Shown here one piece after another: positions 19,440 through 29,437 of a stretch of DNA of 64,000 nt (its first letter is position 1; each line of letters begins with the position of its first letter). The notes under the pieces were generated by a model. It had not been told where the DNA came from, ran no database searches, and saw only the letters and a list, made by a program, of their open reading frames with translations. This DNA is from an uncultured virus (IMG/VR IMGVR_UViG_3300032164_000005) (Duplodnaviria; Heunggongvirae; Uroviricota; Caudoviricetes), in IMG/VR virus record IMGVR_UViG_3300032164_000005. One strand, given 5' to 3'. The position numbers were made by a program, and so were the translations under genes.

Positions 19440-20275
19440 AGAAGCAGACGCGGAACTTGCTCTGGATCGCAGGCGGACTCGGCCTCGGCTACGTGATCTA
19501 CCGGAGCATGAGCGCCGCCCCCGTCGCTGCTCTTGGACCCGGCGCGACTGCCGGTGCAACGGGCGCGACAGGCACAACGGGCGCGACTGCCGGTGCGACA
19601 GGGACGACGGGCGCAACGGGCACGACTGGCGCGGCACCGACGCCGATGTCCGACGCCGACTGCTCGGCGGCGTACGACAGCTTCTGGCCCGCGCATCCCG
19701 AGTACCCGACCGCGCGAGAGAAGCTGACCGCGTTCGCCGCGCTCATGCCGGACTGCGCCGGGATGGCGAACGCCCGTCTCTCGCGCTTGCCGCCTCCAGG
19801 ATCAACAGGAAGCAGCGGGATGACTCCGCGCATCCCAAGCGGCACCGGGGCTTCGCAGCCGGAATCAACCGTTGCGCCGCGAACACTGACTCCGGTTCTC
19901 TACGATGCCCGCCCAGAATCGACTCTTGTGCCACGCACGCTGACTCCGATCTACGCCGCATCGAACGGCCCCATGCGGCCAGCCGTAGGCTTCCGTCCTG
20001 GCCCCGCGCCGATGGCCTATCCGAGGACGGAAACGGCGCGCACGAACCGCTCGAGCCCGCCGACAGCCGTGGTCGCTCCGATGGGCTACAGCAAGACCTC
20101 GAGCGCGTCTGACGTGGGAAGCTTCGCTCCGGCGGAAGCTCGCACCAATCGGCGCGAAGGAGTTCTCGGCGCACCTCCTGGTCCGACCGCGAACCCTGCG
20201 AACGCGACGCTGATCGAGCGCGCGAGACAGAGTCAGGGATGGGCTGCCGCGTACCGTCGTCGCATCGGGTACTGA
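19436..20275 (+). CDS. N-anchored virion membrane protein with GAT/GTT triplet repeats
   Basis: NLLWIAGG TM, (G-A/T-T)n, two-Cys helical domain. Confidence 0.7.
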   Translation: MKKQTRNLLWIAGGLGLGYVIYRSMSAAPVAALGPGATAGATGATGTTGATAGATGTTGATGTTGAAPTPMSDADCSAAYDSFWPAHPEYPTAREKLTAFAALMPDCAGMANARLSRLPPPGSTGSSGMTPRIPSGTGASQPESTVAPRTLTPVLYDARPESTLVPRTLTPIYAASNGPMRPAVGFRPGPAPMAYPRTETARTNRSSPPTAVVAPMGYSKTSSASDVGSFAPAEARTNRREGVLGAPPGPTANPANATLIERARQSQGWAAAYRRRIGY

Positions 20276-20314
20276 GCTTGTAGTTCATCAGCGAGCACGA
20301 TACGATCTCGCCCC

Positions 20315-21256
20315 ATGAGCAACATGCTGTGGTTGGCGGGCGGTTTCGTCGCTGGGTACATGGTCGCGAAGCGCATGACTCCGGCACAGGGTCTCGCTGC
20401 GGGCGAGGGCGCGGTGCGTGGGCTCATCGGCGGTGCGACCGGTGCGACCGGCATGACCGGTCAGACGGGTGCGACGGCCAACCCGGCGAACGCGTCCTAC
20501 TACCCTGCGAACGCGGCGTGGCCCTTCCGCGCCATGTCGCCGAGGGAAGTATACGTCTACGCCGAACTGGCGAAGCGCCATTCGTACACGCTCCCGGCGG
20601 GTGCGGTGGGCTGGCAGGCGTACGGGAAGGGACGCCCCGCACCCCCGTCCTATCCCCAGCCCCAGGTTCCGCAGGGCGGAGACATGCTCGGCGGAGACGA
20701 CGAAGCGAGACAGGCAGCAATCCACATCCTCGGCGTAGCCGATTACTCGCCGCGTCGGCTTCAGCAGTTGTTCGCGATCGTACGCGGACCAGGGTCAGGG
20801 TTCCCTGGACAACTCGAGTGTCATTCGTGGAACACGGTTGATGAAGCCATCCCTTTGCCGCGTCCTCGGACCCGTCTCGAGAAGCTCCAGATGGTGATCT
20901 CCGCGCTGCGAGTCACAGGAACGAGCATCACGCTCAATTCCAACGGAGACATTCGTGTCGGCGTGGTCTGGCTTGGTCGGCGCGTAGGCGAAACCGATGC
21001 TCAGGCTCGGGCTCGGACTGAGACAGAACTGAATCACGCCGCCTCGAACGTCGTGAACATCCTCGATCAGTGGTGCCTTCGTGAGGGGGTCGATCTGATC
21101 GATCGGCAGAACCTCGCCAAGCAAGCTCCTCGCGGTCTTCCTCGTCCTCGTCCCGTCGCCCCGGCTGCCCAGGGCATCGTGTCCCGGCCCGCCCCCGGAC
21201 AGCAGACCGTCATCTCGCGTCCGATCCCCTCGCAACACCTGCCCTCTCGCTGGTAG
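20315..21256 (+). CDS. N-anchored virion membrane protein
   Basis: NMLWLAGG TM, GATG repeats. Confidence 0.7.
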   Translation: MSNMLWLAGGFVAGYMVAKRMTPAQGLAAGEGAVRGLIGGATGATGMTGQTGATANPANASYYPANAAWPFRAMSPREVYVYAELAKRHSYTLPAGAVGWQAYGKGRPAPPSYPQPQVPQGGDMLGGDDEARQAAIHILGVADYSPRRLQQLFAIVRGPGSGFPGQLECHSWNTVDEAIPLPRPRTRLEKLQMVISALRVTGTSITLNSNGDIRVGVVWLGRRVGETDAQARARTETELNHAASNVVNILDQWCLREGVDLIDRQNLAKQAPRGLPRPRPVAPAAQGIVSRPAPGQQTVISRPIPSQHLPSRW

Positions 21257-21265
21257 GATCACGCC

Positions 21266-21859
21266 ATGCCCACGAAGAATCTTCTCTGGCTCGCAGGCGG
21301 CTTCGTTCTCGGGTACGTCATCGCCAAGCAGATGACGCCCGCTCCCGCTCCTGCTCCGGCGTTGCCGGGCGGCGCGACCGGCCCAGCGAGAACACTCTCG
21401 GGCCCTGCTCCGACCGGCGTCACTGGTGCCACCGCAGAGGCCACGGGGGCCACTGGCGTGACAGCGGGCGTCACTGGTGCCACGGGCGCGACTGCAGGCG
21501 CGACGGGGACGACGGGAGCGACGGCAGGTGCCACGGGCGCTACGGGCACCGTCACGGCGACGCCGACGCCCGGCGACTGCGCGGCGATGTTCGCCACGTT
21601 CCAGGCAGACAAGGCCGGAGCGTATCCGTCGGGCTCGGCGGACATGCTCAACGCGTTTGCGTCGGTCTACCCAGACTGCACCGCATGGGTTGCTGCGAAG
21701 CTCGGCACGATAGGTCCGACCGGCGCGACCGGCGGGCTCGTCATCGGTGCCACGGGATCTCTCGGTGCCACGACGCTCGGACTCGCTCCGGCGAACAAGC
21801 CGGTGCGCGACAAGAAGTCCGTCGGGTTCCAGCGTCCGGCCCAGTTTCAGCGCCGCTAA
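21266..21859 (+). CDS. N-anchored virion membrane protein with GAT repeats
   Basis: NLLWLAGG TM; paralog of 19436..20275. Confidence 0.75.
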   Translation: MPTKNLLWLAGGFVLGYVIAKQMTPAPAPAPALPGGATGPARTLSGPAPTGVTGATAEATGATGVTAGVTGATGATAGATGTTGATAGATGATGTVTATPTPGDCAAMFATFQADKAGAYPSGSADMLNAFASVYPDCTAWVAAKLGTIGPTGATGGLVIGATGSLGATTLGLAPANKPVRDKKSVGFQRPAQFQRR

Positions 21860-21898
21860 CGTGGCGGCCATCGAGCCTGCCGTGATACCGTCGCGTGC

Positions 21899-22549
21899 AT
21901 GAAGAAGCGATACGGCTACGCGCTGATGGAAGATCCTGGCTCCGAGGGCGTCGCCAGCGACAACGCAGAATACTCCTCGTCGTTGGCGACGGCAGAGAAT
22001 CGCGCGTCCCTCCTGGCGATGCGGCATCGCCATCCCGTTCTCGTGTGGGACACCGAGATGAACGTGGTCGTCGCGCACGTCGGAGCCAGCGGGACGGTGA
22101 AGTTCACCGCTGCGCACCCTCGACGACGCAACCCGTCGGAACCGATCACGGCGACCAAGACGCGCAGCGGCGGCATGAAGGTCTGCCGCACCGTCTCGCG
22201 CCGTGAGTCGGACAGGATGACGAAATTCTTCATGCGCGCCGTGCGCAGCAAGCCGGGGACCGTCGTGCGCGGCAACCCGACCTCGAAGAGGAACATCGCG
22301 CTGCCGCCCGAGGTGGTGACGGCGCTGTTCGAGTGGCACGGCGGGCAGTCCACGCCGACCTACTCGCTCGCGAGCACCGGCCAGGGCCACACGGTCAGCC
22401 TCGACATGATCAAGGCGGCCGAAGAAGAACTCGAGCGCGTGTACAAGAGGCTCAAGCCGAGGACCAAGGAGCGCACGCACCTGCGTCGCCTGCTCGGCGA
22501 ACTCGACACGATTCAGCGATACCCCGAGGAGTACAAGTACGATGAGTAG
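21899..22549 (+). CDS. RRNP-motif multidomain protein
   Basis: RRRNPS and RGNPT split it into three segments. Confidence 0.7.
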   Translation: MKKRYGYALMEDPGSEGVASDNAEYSSSLATAENRASLLAMRHRHPVLVWDTEMNVVVAHVGASGTVKFTAAHPRRRNPSEPITATKTRSGGMKVCRTVSRRESDRMTKFFMRAVRSKPGTVVRGNPTSKRNIALPPEVVTALFEWHGGQSTPTYSLASTGQGHTVSLDMIKAAEEELERVYKRLKPRTKERTHLRRLLGELDTIQRYPEEYKYDE

Positions 22550-23105
22550 CAAGACGCCTTGGGGCTGGATTCTGGCGGGTGCTGCCGCGATCTTCGTCGT
22601 TGCGAGAAATATCTCAGCAGCGCCGATGCCGCAGGCCGCACGCGCGCCGAGGCCCGGCCCGACAGGCGCGACCGGTGTGCCGACGTCCGGTCCGACGGGT
22701 ACGACCGGCGTGACGGGTACGTGGCTCGTTGGTGTGACGGGCACGACAGGCGCGGTCGGCCTGACCGGTGCCGGTGGAGGGGTCGTCGTGCAGTCGCGCC
22801 CGGTCCCGATCGATCCATCCACCGTCACGCCCTTCGAGGCTGCGAAGATCCTGGCAACCGTGCAAGGACAGCTTCGCGCGCTCGGCTACAACATCGATCG
22901 GATCGACGGCATCCAGAGCGATGCGACAACGGCTGCGGCGCAGCAGTTCTACGCGGACCATCGCGCTGCGGTAGACGCTGAAGCCGCACGGGTCCACAGC
23001 CACGACGACTGGGTCGTGTTGGTGATCCTCGACGACATCTACCGGGCGGCCTTCAACCTTCCGTCGGCCGTTGCGCCGACGCCGCTAGGAGCGACAGGAG
23101 CATGA
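22542..23105 (+). CDS. N-anchored protein with GAT repeats and a peptidoglycan-binding-like domain
   Basis: VQGQLRALGY...IDGIQSDATTAAAQQF. Confidence 0.7.
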   Translation: MSSKTPWGWILAGAAAIFVVARNISAAPMPQAARAPRPGPTGATGVPTSGPTGTTGVTGTWLVGVTGTTGAVGLTGAGGGVVVQSRPVPIDPSTVTPFEAAKILATVQGQLRALGYNIDRIDGIQSDATTAAAQQFYADHRAAVDAEAARVHSHDDWVVLVILDDIYRAAFNLPSAVAPTPLGATGA

Positions 23106-24247
23106 CCACGCAGCACAACTTCGGCCCGGTCGGAATCATCGGTTCGACCGTCGCGGACAGACCTGATCCGAGACTGCTTCCACTCGGCGAGTATTTCGTC
23201 TCGGAGTTGGATGGCCGGACGTTCTTCGTGACCAGGAACGGGATCGGCGTTCACGTCTGGAAGGAAGTCCTGGGCGCGGGCGGCGGAGGCGGAAGCCCGG
23301 TCGGGTTCGTGGTCGGTCCTGCGGGATCCGGCGCGCAGTTCACGACGTTCGCGTCGGCCATCGCAGCCGCGCTGCTCGCTGGTATCAGCACGGTGATGTT
23401 CCTGTCGGGTCGGTACGCCGCCGAACCAGTGATCAACCTCCCCGCTGGTATCTCGTTGCAGCCGTTTGGCGCAGAAGAGTTCACCGCGATCATCATCGCC
23501 GACATCGTCACGAACGCCCCGTTCAGCCTCACGCGAAGCGTCCAGGCTCTGCGCGGGTTCGTGCTCCAGGGTACGATCACCTGTGGCCCTCTCGCTGGGC
23601 CCGCGACGAACGCGATCGTCACGCTGACCGACATGCAGATTTCTTCGCCTGCGGGCCACGGAATCCGCACGCTCAACGACGGCTGGACGTTTGTGCTGAA
23701 GGAGGCGGATATCAACGTCCCCGCCGGAAGCAGGGACATCGACGCGAACGGATCGGTGAGCATCGACGCTTCTCGGAGCAACTTCGGATCGGTGGATCGT
23801 CCTCCTGTCGAACTCGGGAACGGCGGGTCGGCGAGGTTCGAGAACTGCTTCTTCCGTGGACCCGCGAATCGCATCAGCAACGTCGCTGCGAGCCTGAACT
23901 TCACCAACACGATTTTCGAGCTTCTGGGAAGCCCTTCGTACGTGATCGATGGCTTCGCGGGCAGCACGGTATCGATCAACGGCACGTTCGTTCAGCAGGG
24001 CCTTGCGGCGGCTGGAATGATCCTCGATCCGCTGCTGGGCACGCTTCAGATCGGGATGGGCGTCGATCTCGGAGAGCTTAAATTCTCCAGCCGACCGGTG
24101 CCGCCGTCCGCGAACATCATGCAGGGTGTCACGGCCTACTTCTTCGGCATGCTCCCCGGCGGTCCGAGTACCACCGCGACAGAAGCGCCTGTCTACTTCG
24201 CGGCGGGATTCTGGCGGCGCACCTCCGACGACTCGGTCGCGGCGTAG
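23102..24247 (+). CDS. putative spike/receptor-binding beta-helix protein
   Basis: AQFTTFASAIAAA...GRY..INLPAGISL resembles a pectin-lyase-like cap; beta-rich. Confidence 0.55.
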   Translation: MTTQHNFGPVGIIGSTVADRPDPRLLPLGEYFVSELDGRTFFVTRNGIGVHVWKEVLGAGGGGGSPVGFVVGPAGSGAQFTTFASAIAAALLAGISTVMFLSGRYAAEPVINLPAGISLQPFGAEEFTAIIIADIVTNAPFSLTRSVQALRGFVLQGTITCGPLAGPATNAIVTLTDMQISSPAGHGIRTLNDGWTFVLKEADINVPAGSRDIDANGSVSIDASRSNFGSVDRPPVELGNGGSARFENCFFRGPANRISNVAASLNFTNTIFELLGSPSYVIDGFAGSTVSINGTFVQQGLAAAGMILDPLLGTLQIGMGVDLGELKFSSRPVPPSANIMQGVTAYFFGMLPGGPSTTATEAPVYFAAGFWRRTSDDSVAA

Positions 24248-24249
24248 CC

Positions 24250-24570
24250 ATGAAGAAGCACATTCCGTCTGCGAGCAGCGCCCAGAACCTCCTGCCTCGG
24301 GGGATGGTTCTGATCCGCCGCCGAGACATCAAGAGAATATTCTCGTTGGCGAAGAAGCTCGGGTTCTTGACGGAACTGCGCGGGCTCGGCGTGCTGGTTC
24401 ACGAGGGCCTGATGGACGGCAGCAAGAACCTGATCCCGAAGGGGATGGTCCTGATCAGGAAGGCCGATCTGAAGCGGATCTACGGGCTGGCCGAGAGGCT
24501 GGGATTCCTGACGCGTCTGAAGGCGCTCGGGGTGATGGTTCACGAAGGCGTCTACCGGGAGTACAAGTAG
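24250..24570 (+). CDS. basic protein with two internal repeats
   Basis: NL(L/I)P(R/K)GMVLIR...LGFLT.L..LGV.VHEG occurs twice. Confidence 0.75.
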   Translation: MKKHIPSASSAQNLLPRGMVLIRRRDIKRIFSLAKKLGFLTELRGLGVLVHEGLMDGSKNLIPKGMVLIRKADLKRIYGLAERLGFLTRLKALGVMVHEGVYREYK

Positions 24571-24572
24571 CC

Positions 24573-24944
24573 ATGAAGAAGTACGGCACGACGGGCGACG
24601 TCAACGCGTTCGAGTACGGCGGCGGACTCGTGTTCGACAAGGGCAACGGCCCGGAGTGGTGGGTGTGGGACGAGCCCGACGAGGGCGGCGATCTCCTCGT
24701 GTACCGGGTGAGCGTCCCGGAAGACGTGCTCGAGTACTACAACTGGGCGGACGTGGACGCGGTGGCTCGTTCTACCGGCGAGAGCGTGATGGACATCAAG
24801 CGTCGCGGTTCGTCCAAGAACCCGCTGAACCGCGTTCGCGCCATGGAGAGCATTGCGGGGCACTACGGCATCATGGAGTTCGACTCGGAACCGCAGGAGT
24901 ACACCGAGGAGAGGCTTCGTGAGATCCTCGAGGAAGAAGAGTAG
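24573..24944 (+). CDS. phage hypothetical protein
   Basis: GDVNAFEYGG; acidic C-terminus. Confidence 0.7.
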   Translation: MKKYGTTGDVNAFEYGGGLVFDKGNGPEWWVWDEPDEGGDLLVYRVSVPEDVLEYYNWADVDAVARSTGESVMDIKRRGSSKNPLNRVRAMESIAGHYGIMEFDSEPQEYTEERLREILEEEE

Positions 24945-24946
24945 CC

Positions 24947-25504
24947 ATGTCGCTCAAGAAGATTCACGAGATCATCGTCTCGCCCCGCGTCCAGGTCCGC
25001 ACGTACAAGGACTCGGAGTGGGGAGAGTTCCAGACCAGAGTGTACCGGGATGGGAAGTTTCGCGAGTCGGAGACGAACCACGAGACAGATCGCGAGAGCG
25101 CGATCCTGACGGCGCAGGACATGGCGCGCAGACTCGAGACGCGACAGAACCCGTCGCGCACAAAAGCGCGAGCGATCGGTGAGGCACCGCGCTCGCGTAC
25201 CGAGGTGTCTCTCCAGAAGCGGGAAGCTCACCTCGCGAAGAGGGTCGAGGCTCTCGTGATCAGCCTGGGCGGCAAGAGGTTCTTGTCGCCCGGCTATCCG
25301 CTCGAGATCGAAACGAAGCACGGAATCCTCGCCATCGACCCGAATCTCGGGTGGATCGCCACGCGGTTCGAGGACGCCGCCAGGGGACAGCGCGCAGGTG
25401 CCGGTCAGACCGGGAAGTGGAACTTCTTCCCGCGCGGCGAGAGCATCAAGGCGTACGACGAGTTGTTCGAGACGTTCGCTGCGTCGTTGCGGAGGATCCT
25501 GTGA
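24947..25504 (+). CDS. two-domain protein joined at RQNPS
   Basis: ETRQNPSR linker. Confidence 0.7.
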   Translation: MSLKKIHEIIVSPRVQVRTYKDSEWGEFQTRVYRDGKFRESETNHETDRESAILTAQDMARRLETRQNPSRTKARAIGEAPRSRTEVSLQKREAHLAKRVEALVISLGGKRFLSPGYPLEIETKHGILAIDPNLGWIATRFEDAARGQRAGAGQTGKWNFFPRGESIKAYDELFETFAASLRRIL

Positions 25505-26292
25505 GAACGCGTCGTCGGAACCCGAGCGAGAGCAAGTACGTCCCGAGCGAGGGCAAGTACATCGTCGTGAACGCGACACGAGGCCGCGTGCTGGACAGCT
25601 ACGGCACGCTCGATGCGGCGCTCGAGGCCGTGAGCGATGCTCGTGACGGGTACGGCAACTCTGCACACACCTATCACGTCCTCGGTCCGTCATCGAACAA
25701 AACGGTGGCGGTCATCGACGGGGACAGCGGCGACGTACGGATGAACCCGTCCGGCCGTCGCCGTTCGACCCGGTCTCGCAGGAATCCCAACTACGCCGAC
25801 GTGCTCCAGACGAGGCGCGAGTTGAAGGAGAAGCTGCATGGCACGCCGCTGATGTACTCCGTCGCCCTGGAGCGATGGCTCGGCGACGACGAGGACAAGG
25901 AAGACCTCGTGATCAGCGCCGTGAACCAGATGCTGCGCGAGGGCTGGCAGAAATCTTCGCTCGACCGTTCGCACAGCCTCGTCATCGCGCGCCATGGCAC
26001 CGCGAAGCCGTACTACTCCGTGCTGCTGCAGTCGTCGCGCCGCAACCCGTCGAAGCGCGCATCGCTTCGCACGCGTGAGGGCACTCGAGTACGGTTCGTT
26101 CCGTCGTCCGCGAGCTTGGCGCTGTACGGCCAGCATCCGCAGGTCGGCGAGGATGGCACCGTGAGACCTGTGTCGTTGGGCAGCAGGCGGGCGACCAGCC
26201 TGCGCGGCCCTGGCGGCGGCCTGCTCTACGTGGACTGGGACCGCAGCGCGTTCCAGGGCGTGTCTCCGCTCGACCTTGTGGTGGTCCGATGA
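25501..26292 (+). CDS. RRNP polyprotein-like protein (4 motifs)
   Basis: RRRNPS, RMNPS, RRNPN, RRNPS; GTGA coupling. Confidence 0.75.
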   Translation: MRTRRRNPSESKYVPSEGKYIVVNATRGRVLDSYGTLDAALEAVSDARDGYGNSAHTYHVLGPSSNKTVAVIDGDSGDVRMNPSGRRRSTRSRRNPNYADVLQTRRELKEKLHGTPLMYSVALERWLGDDEDKEDLVISAVNQMLREGWQKSSLDRSHSLVIARHGTAKPYYSVLLQSSRRNPSKRASLRTREGTRVRFVPSSASLALYGQHPQVGEDGTVRPVSLGSRRATSLRGPGGGLLYVDWDRSAFQGVSPLDLVVVR

Positions 26293-27065
26293 GAGCGTTC
26301 AAGCAGGGCGATTCGATGCGGGTGACGGCTGACGAGCGCGACATCGATGCGTTCACAGACCGATTGCCCGCCTCTGGTCTCAGAGGGCTTCGATCCGTGT
26401 CGGCGATCTTCGAGCACAACGGGGATCTCGTGGACCTGTACACGAACGGACGCTACGGTGCCGGTCGCTTCGACGGCGGGGCTCTCGACGCGCTGCTCGA
26501 GGACATGCAGGAGTACGGGAAGCGCCGGATCTCCGGCACCGCTCGTCAGAATCCTGGTCTCGTCGTCGCAGACGAGATCCTGCGCCAACTCGGCGGATCC
26601 AACCGTCTCAAGGCGATGGTCGGCGCGCACTCGTTCCGTGGCGACAGAAACTCGCTCACGTTCAACCTCAAGGCGAGGGCGAAGCGCGGCATCAGGATCA
26701 TCAAGATCGTGCTCGATCCCAGCGACACGTACAACGTGGAGTTCTGGTCGGTCGCGCCCGTGAAGAAGGTCGCCGAGTACGAAGACGTCTACGCCGAGGG
26801 CCTGCTTCAACTGATCGAGCGCGAGACCGGGCTGGCGCTGCGGTTGAATCCTGTCGGCCGCAAGACGGTGCGGTTCACGAAGGTGGCCCCGAACTCCTGG
26901 GTCGTGAAGACGCCGATGGGCTCGATGTACCATGTGACGCACTACACGTCGCCGGTCATGGCGCGCGCGTGGGGCGGCGAGTGGGTGGCCGAGGGCTCTG
27001 TCGCACACACCAAGATCGTAGCCAACTCGATGGCGGAGCTACGCGCTCTGCTGGAGCGTCACTAG
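26289..27065 (+). CDS. three-domain protein joined at RQNP and RLNP
   Basis: Middle module ILRQLGG...DTYNVEF...TGL resembles a stand-alone phage protein. Confidence 0.75.
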   Translation: MRAFKQGDSMRVTADERDIDAFTDRLPASGLRGLRSVSAIFEHNGDLVDLYTNGRYGAGRFDGGALDALLEDMQEYGKRRISGTARQNPGLVVADEILRQLGGSNRLKAMVGAHSFRGDRNSLTFNLKARAKRGIRIIKIVLDPSDTYNVEFWSVAPVKKVAEYEDVYAEGLLQLIERETGLALRLNPVGRKTVRFTKVAPNSWVVKTPMGSMYHVTHYTSPVMARAWGGEWVAEGSVAHTKIVANSMAELRALLERH

Positions 27066-27067
27066 CC

Positions 27068-27313
27068 ATGGAGATCACCTTCAACCCAGAGAACGTCCAG
27101 GAGACCGTCGGCAACGCCGTGTCGGTCGCCGCGAACGTGATGAACAACCGCGTGCTGCCCCAGGAAGAGCGGATCATCGCTCAGGGCGCGCGACAACTAT
27201 CAGCCGCTGTCGATGAGGGCACGCGCGGGCTGCGGAACGTCCTGCTGATCACCGGCCTCGCGATTGCGGGAGCGATCGTCTACCACGGCTGGAAGTCCGG
27301 GAAGCGTGGGTGA
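27068..27313 (+). CDS. small C-terminally anchored membrane protein
   Basis: TM helix plus KSGKRG. Confidence 0.7.
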   Translation: MEITFNPENVQETVGNAVSVAANVMNNRVLPQEERIIAQGARQLSAAVDEGTRGLRNVLLITGLAIAGAIVYHGWKSGKRG

Positions 27314-27322
27314 GCAGTGAGC

Positions 27323-27763
27323 ATGGGCCGCACCGGACTGTTCCGTGGGTTTTCCGAGACGCTCGTAGAGTGGCTTCAGACGGACGAGGCGTACGCTTTG
27401 TTGCCGTCCTCGAGTACATGGACGGCTGGCGGGTGTTGGATACTCGGGAGCGCGCTCGAGGCATGGATGGACCGCCCGTACACCCGTCAGATGGCTCTCG
27501 TGTCCGGCGGGATCCCGCAACACGTCGTACTCGAGTTCAGGAAAGATGTCTTCGTTGATGGTGACGGAGTATCCACGCGCGTGAGGCTGAGAAAGCGGTG
27601 GCGTGAACTCGAAGGTCTCGAGATCGAGCGGATCGTACCTTTCGACTTGTACATGGTCCGGGTTGGTCGGCAGCACGGGCTATCATGCCCAGCAACACGA
27701 GTACAGCGTGTCACCCAGGAACTGCGAAAGGTGCTGGGGGATCCGTCTTACTGGGGCCTGTGA
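27323..27763 (+). CDS. putative Cys-His-Asp (transglutaminase/papain-like) enzyme
   Basis: GGCWILGSAL...HVVL...FVDGDG. Confidence 0.5.
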   Translation: MGRTGLFRGFSETLVEWLQTDEAYALLPSSSTWTAGGCWILGSALEAWMDRPYTRQMALVSGGIPQHVVLEFRKDVFVDGDGVSTRVRLRKRWRELEGLEIERIVPFDLYMVRVGRQHGLSCPATRVQRVTQELRKVLGDPSYWGL

Positions 27764-27829
27764 CAGGCCAGGAGTACGCCGGGCGGTGACACGCCCAGGC
27801 GGCCGTTGCCTGACCGTCGGCGAAGGCGG

Positions 27830-28195
27830 TCAGGCAGCAGGCTTCTGTGGCGTCTCGACGAGCCTGACGACTGCCTTCCGGTCGCCCCGGAGCAGCGCAG
27901 CCGTCAGCCGGTGGTGCCCGTCGGCGATGAGCATCCGCCCGTCGGACATGCGGTAGACCAGAGGTGGGTCTGGAGAGCTTGTCACGTACCGGTTCACGCC
28001 GACGGATGTCACCCTCCGCTGCGTCCCCCAGAGACCCTCCAGGGGCACGGTCGTCCGTTTGGCTCGGTCGATCAGTCGGGACGGGATGGCGGGCTTCTTG
28101 GCGTACGGGAACGGCGAGGCGAGCCAGATGACGACGGACCCGTCGTCCCAGAGTTCGCGCTCGAGCACTGGCAGGCCGAAGACGGTCCTCGTCAC
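27830..28195 (-). CDS. ParB/Srx N-terminal-like domain protein
   Basis: PPLV...LIADGHHRLTAA; GTGA coupling. Confidence 0.6.
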   Translation of the reverse strand: MTRTVFGLPVLERELWDDGSVVIWLASPFPYAKKPAIPSRLIDRAKRTTVPLEGLWGTQRRVTSVGVNRYVTSSPDPPLVYRMSDGRMLIADGHHRLTAALLRGDRKAVVRLVETPQKPAA

Positions 28196-29040
28196 GCGAA
28201 CAGGTCCGTGTCGATGAACGAGGCCTGCACGAGCGACCAGAAGTCGTTCGCGAGTCCCGAGGTGACGTAGCGGTACGGCATCCATCCATACCCGCCGTCG
28301 CCCCAGCCCGTGCCCCACGAGTTGCGCACGATGAATGCGCCCGTGTCGGTGCCGATCTTGTGCGCGTCGTTGTAGCCGACGATGACCATGGCGTGGCCGC
28401 CCTCGACGCTGTCGGTCTTGGCGGGGAACGGGATGTCGCCTCGGGGGTCATCGGGCGCTCCGATGCCTGGGAACGACGAGTAGACCGTCGTGCCGAACAT
28501 CGCCGGAAGCTGTCCAACGAGCGACGTCTTGAGCGCCTCCATAGTCTTCGCGGGGGAGCTACCTGCCGGGTCGTGACGGTAGTACTTCGTCGCTCGGTAG
28601 TTGCTCGCGAGGCTGTACAGGAACGCCGAAGGCTCTTCGTCGAACTTGGACTCGACGTACGGGTAGAGCTTCTCGGGCGGCGTGCCGAACATCGCGATGG
28701 CCTGCATCGCGGTGCGAAGCTCTGCGCCCGTGTCGCCACGGTCGCCCGCGAGATTCCGCGTGGCCTTGTAGATGAACAGGCGCGATGCGTCGAGGTGCTT
28801 GTTGAACGCGCGGCGCTCGAAGTACTCGAGCAGGCCGATGGCCGCGTTCGCGGTACACGAACCGATCTGTCCTTGGTCCTCGATCGGAGAACACCATGGC
28901 CGCAGATCGACCGAGGCGGGGAACGTGGCGGCAGCGATCCGGTTGGATTGCCCGAGCAGCGGCTTGATCTCCGGGTGCTCGGGGTGGAAGTCGCGGATGT
29001 CGGGGAGGTCGCGGATCCAACCCATCGCTCGGCGTGTCAT
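28192..29040 (-). CDS. papain-family (C1A) cysteine protease
   Basis: DQGQIGSCTANA, GGHAMVIVGY, IVRNSWG. Confidence 0.93.
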   Translation of the reverse strand: MTRRAMGWIRDLPDIRDFHPEHPEIKPLLGQSNRIAAATFPASVDLRPWCSPIEDQGQIGSCTANAAIGLLEYFERRAFNKHLDASRLFIYKATRNLAGDRGDTGAELRTAMQAIAMFGTPPEKLYPYVESKFDEEPSAFLYSLASNYRATKYYRHDPAGSSPAKTMEALKTSLVGQLPAMFGTTVYSSFPGIGAPDDPRGDIPFPAKTDSVEGGHAMVIVGYNDAHKIGTDTGAFIVRNSWGTGWGDGGYGWMPYRYVTSGLANDFWSLVQASFIDTDLFA

Positions 29041-29052
29041 GCGTGAACAGTA

Positions 29053-29277
29053 CTACTCGTCCGCCTCGGCGAGAAGCGCGTTGCACAGCGTGCGCAACTC
29101 CTGGAGACGGTCGCGCGTGAGGTAGACGGTCACGATGGTTCCGTTGGGCGTCTGCACGGCGTACACGGACCCGGCGACGACGGCGATGCGGCTGCCGTCG
29201 CGCACCATCGTGAAGCTGTCTTCGCGACGACGCTCGACGGCCGCCTGGGCGGCGTGCAGCGCCTCGGTCAGGTCCAT
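29053..29277 (-). CDS. hypothetical protein
   Basis: ORF in the minus-strand array. Confidence 0.5.
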   Translation of the reverse strand: MDLTEALHAAQAAVERRREDSFTMVRDGSRIAVVAGSVYAVQTPNGTIVTVYLTRDRLQELRTLCNALLAEADE

Positions 29278-29437
29278 GCCGCCCGGCGTCGCTTCCGTGG
29301 GTTGCGACGGCGTCCTCGTGTCGTTCCGGCCCGGCGCGTCGGGGTGGGCTCGTCCGGCAAGAGATCAGCACCACCGAGTCCGCTCAGGACGAGATACCCG
29401 AGGCCGATGACGACGACACCGATGACGAGAGGCTTCA

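Noticed and set aside
20795..22828. 677-aa minus-strand ORF
   Set aside because: Shadow frame opposite coherent plus-strand genes in high-GC DNA.
27830..28195. Plasmid-type ParAB partition system
   Set aside because: Only a stand-alone ParB-N-like domain, with no ParA or HTH.
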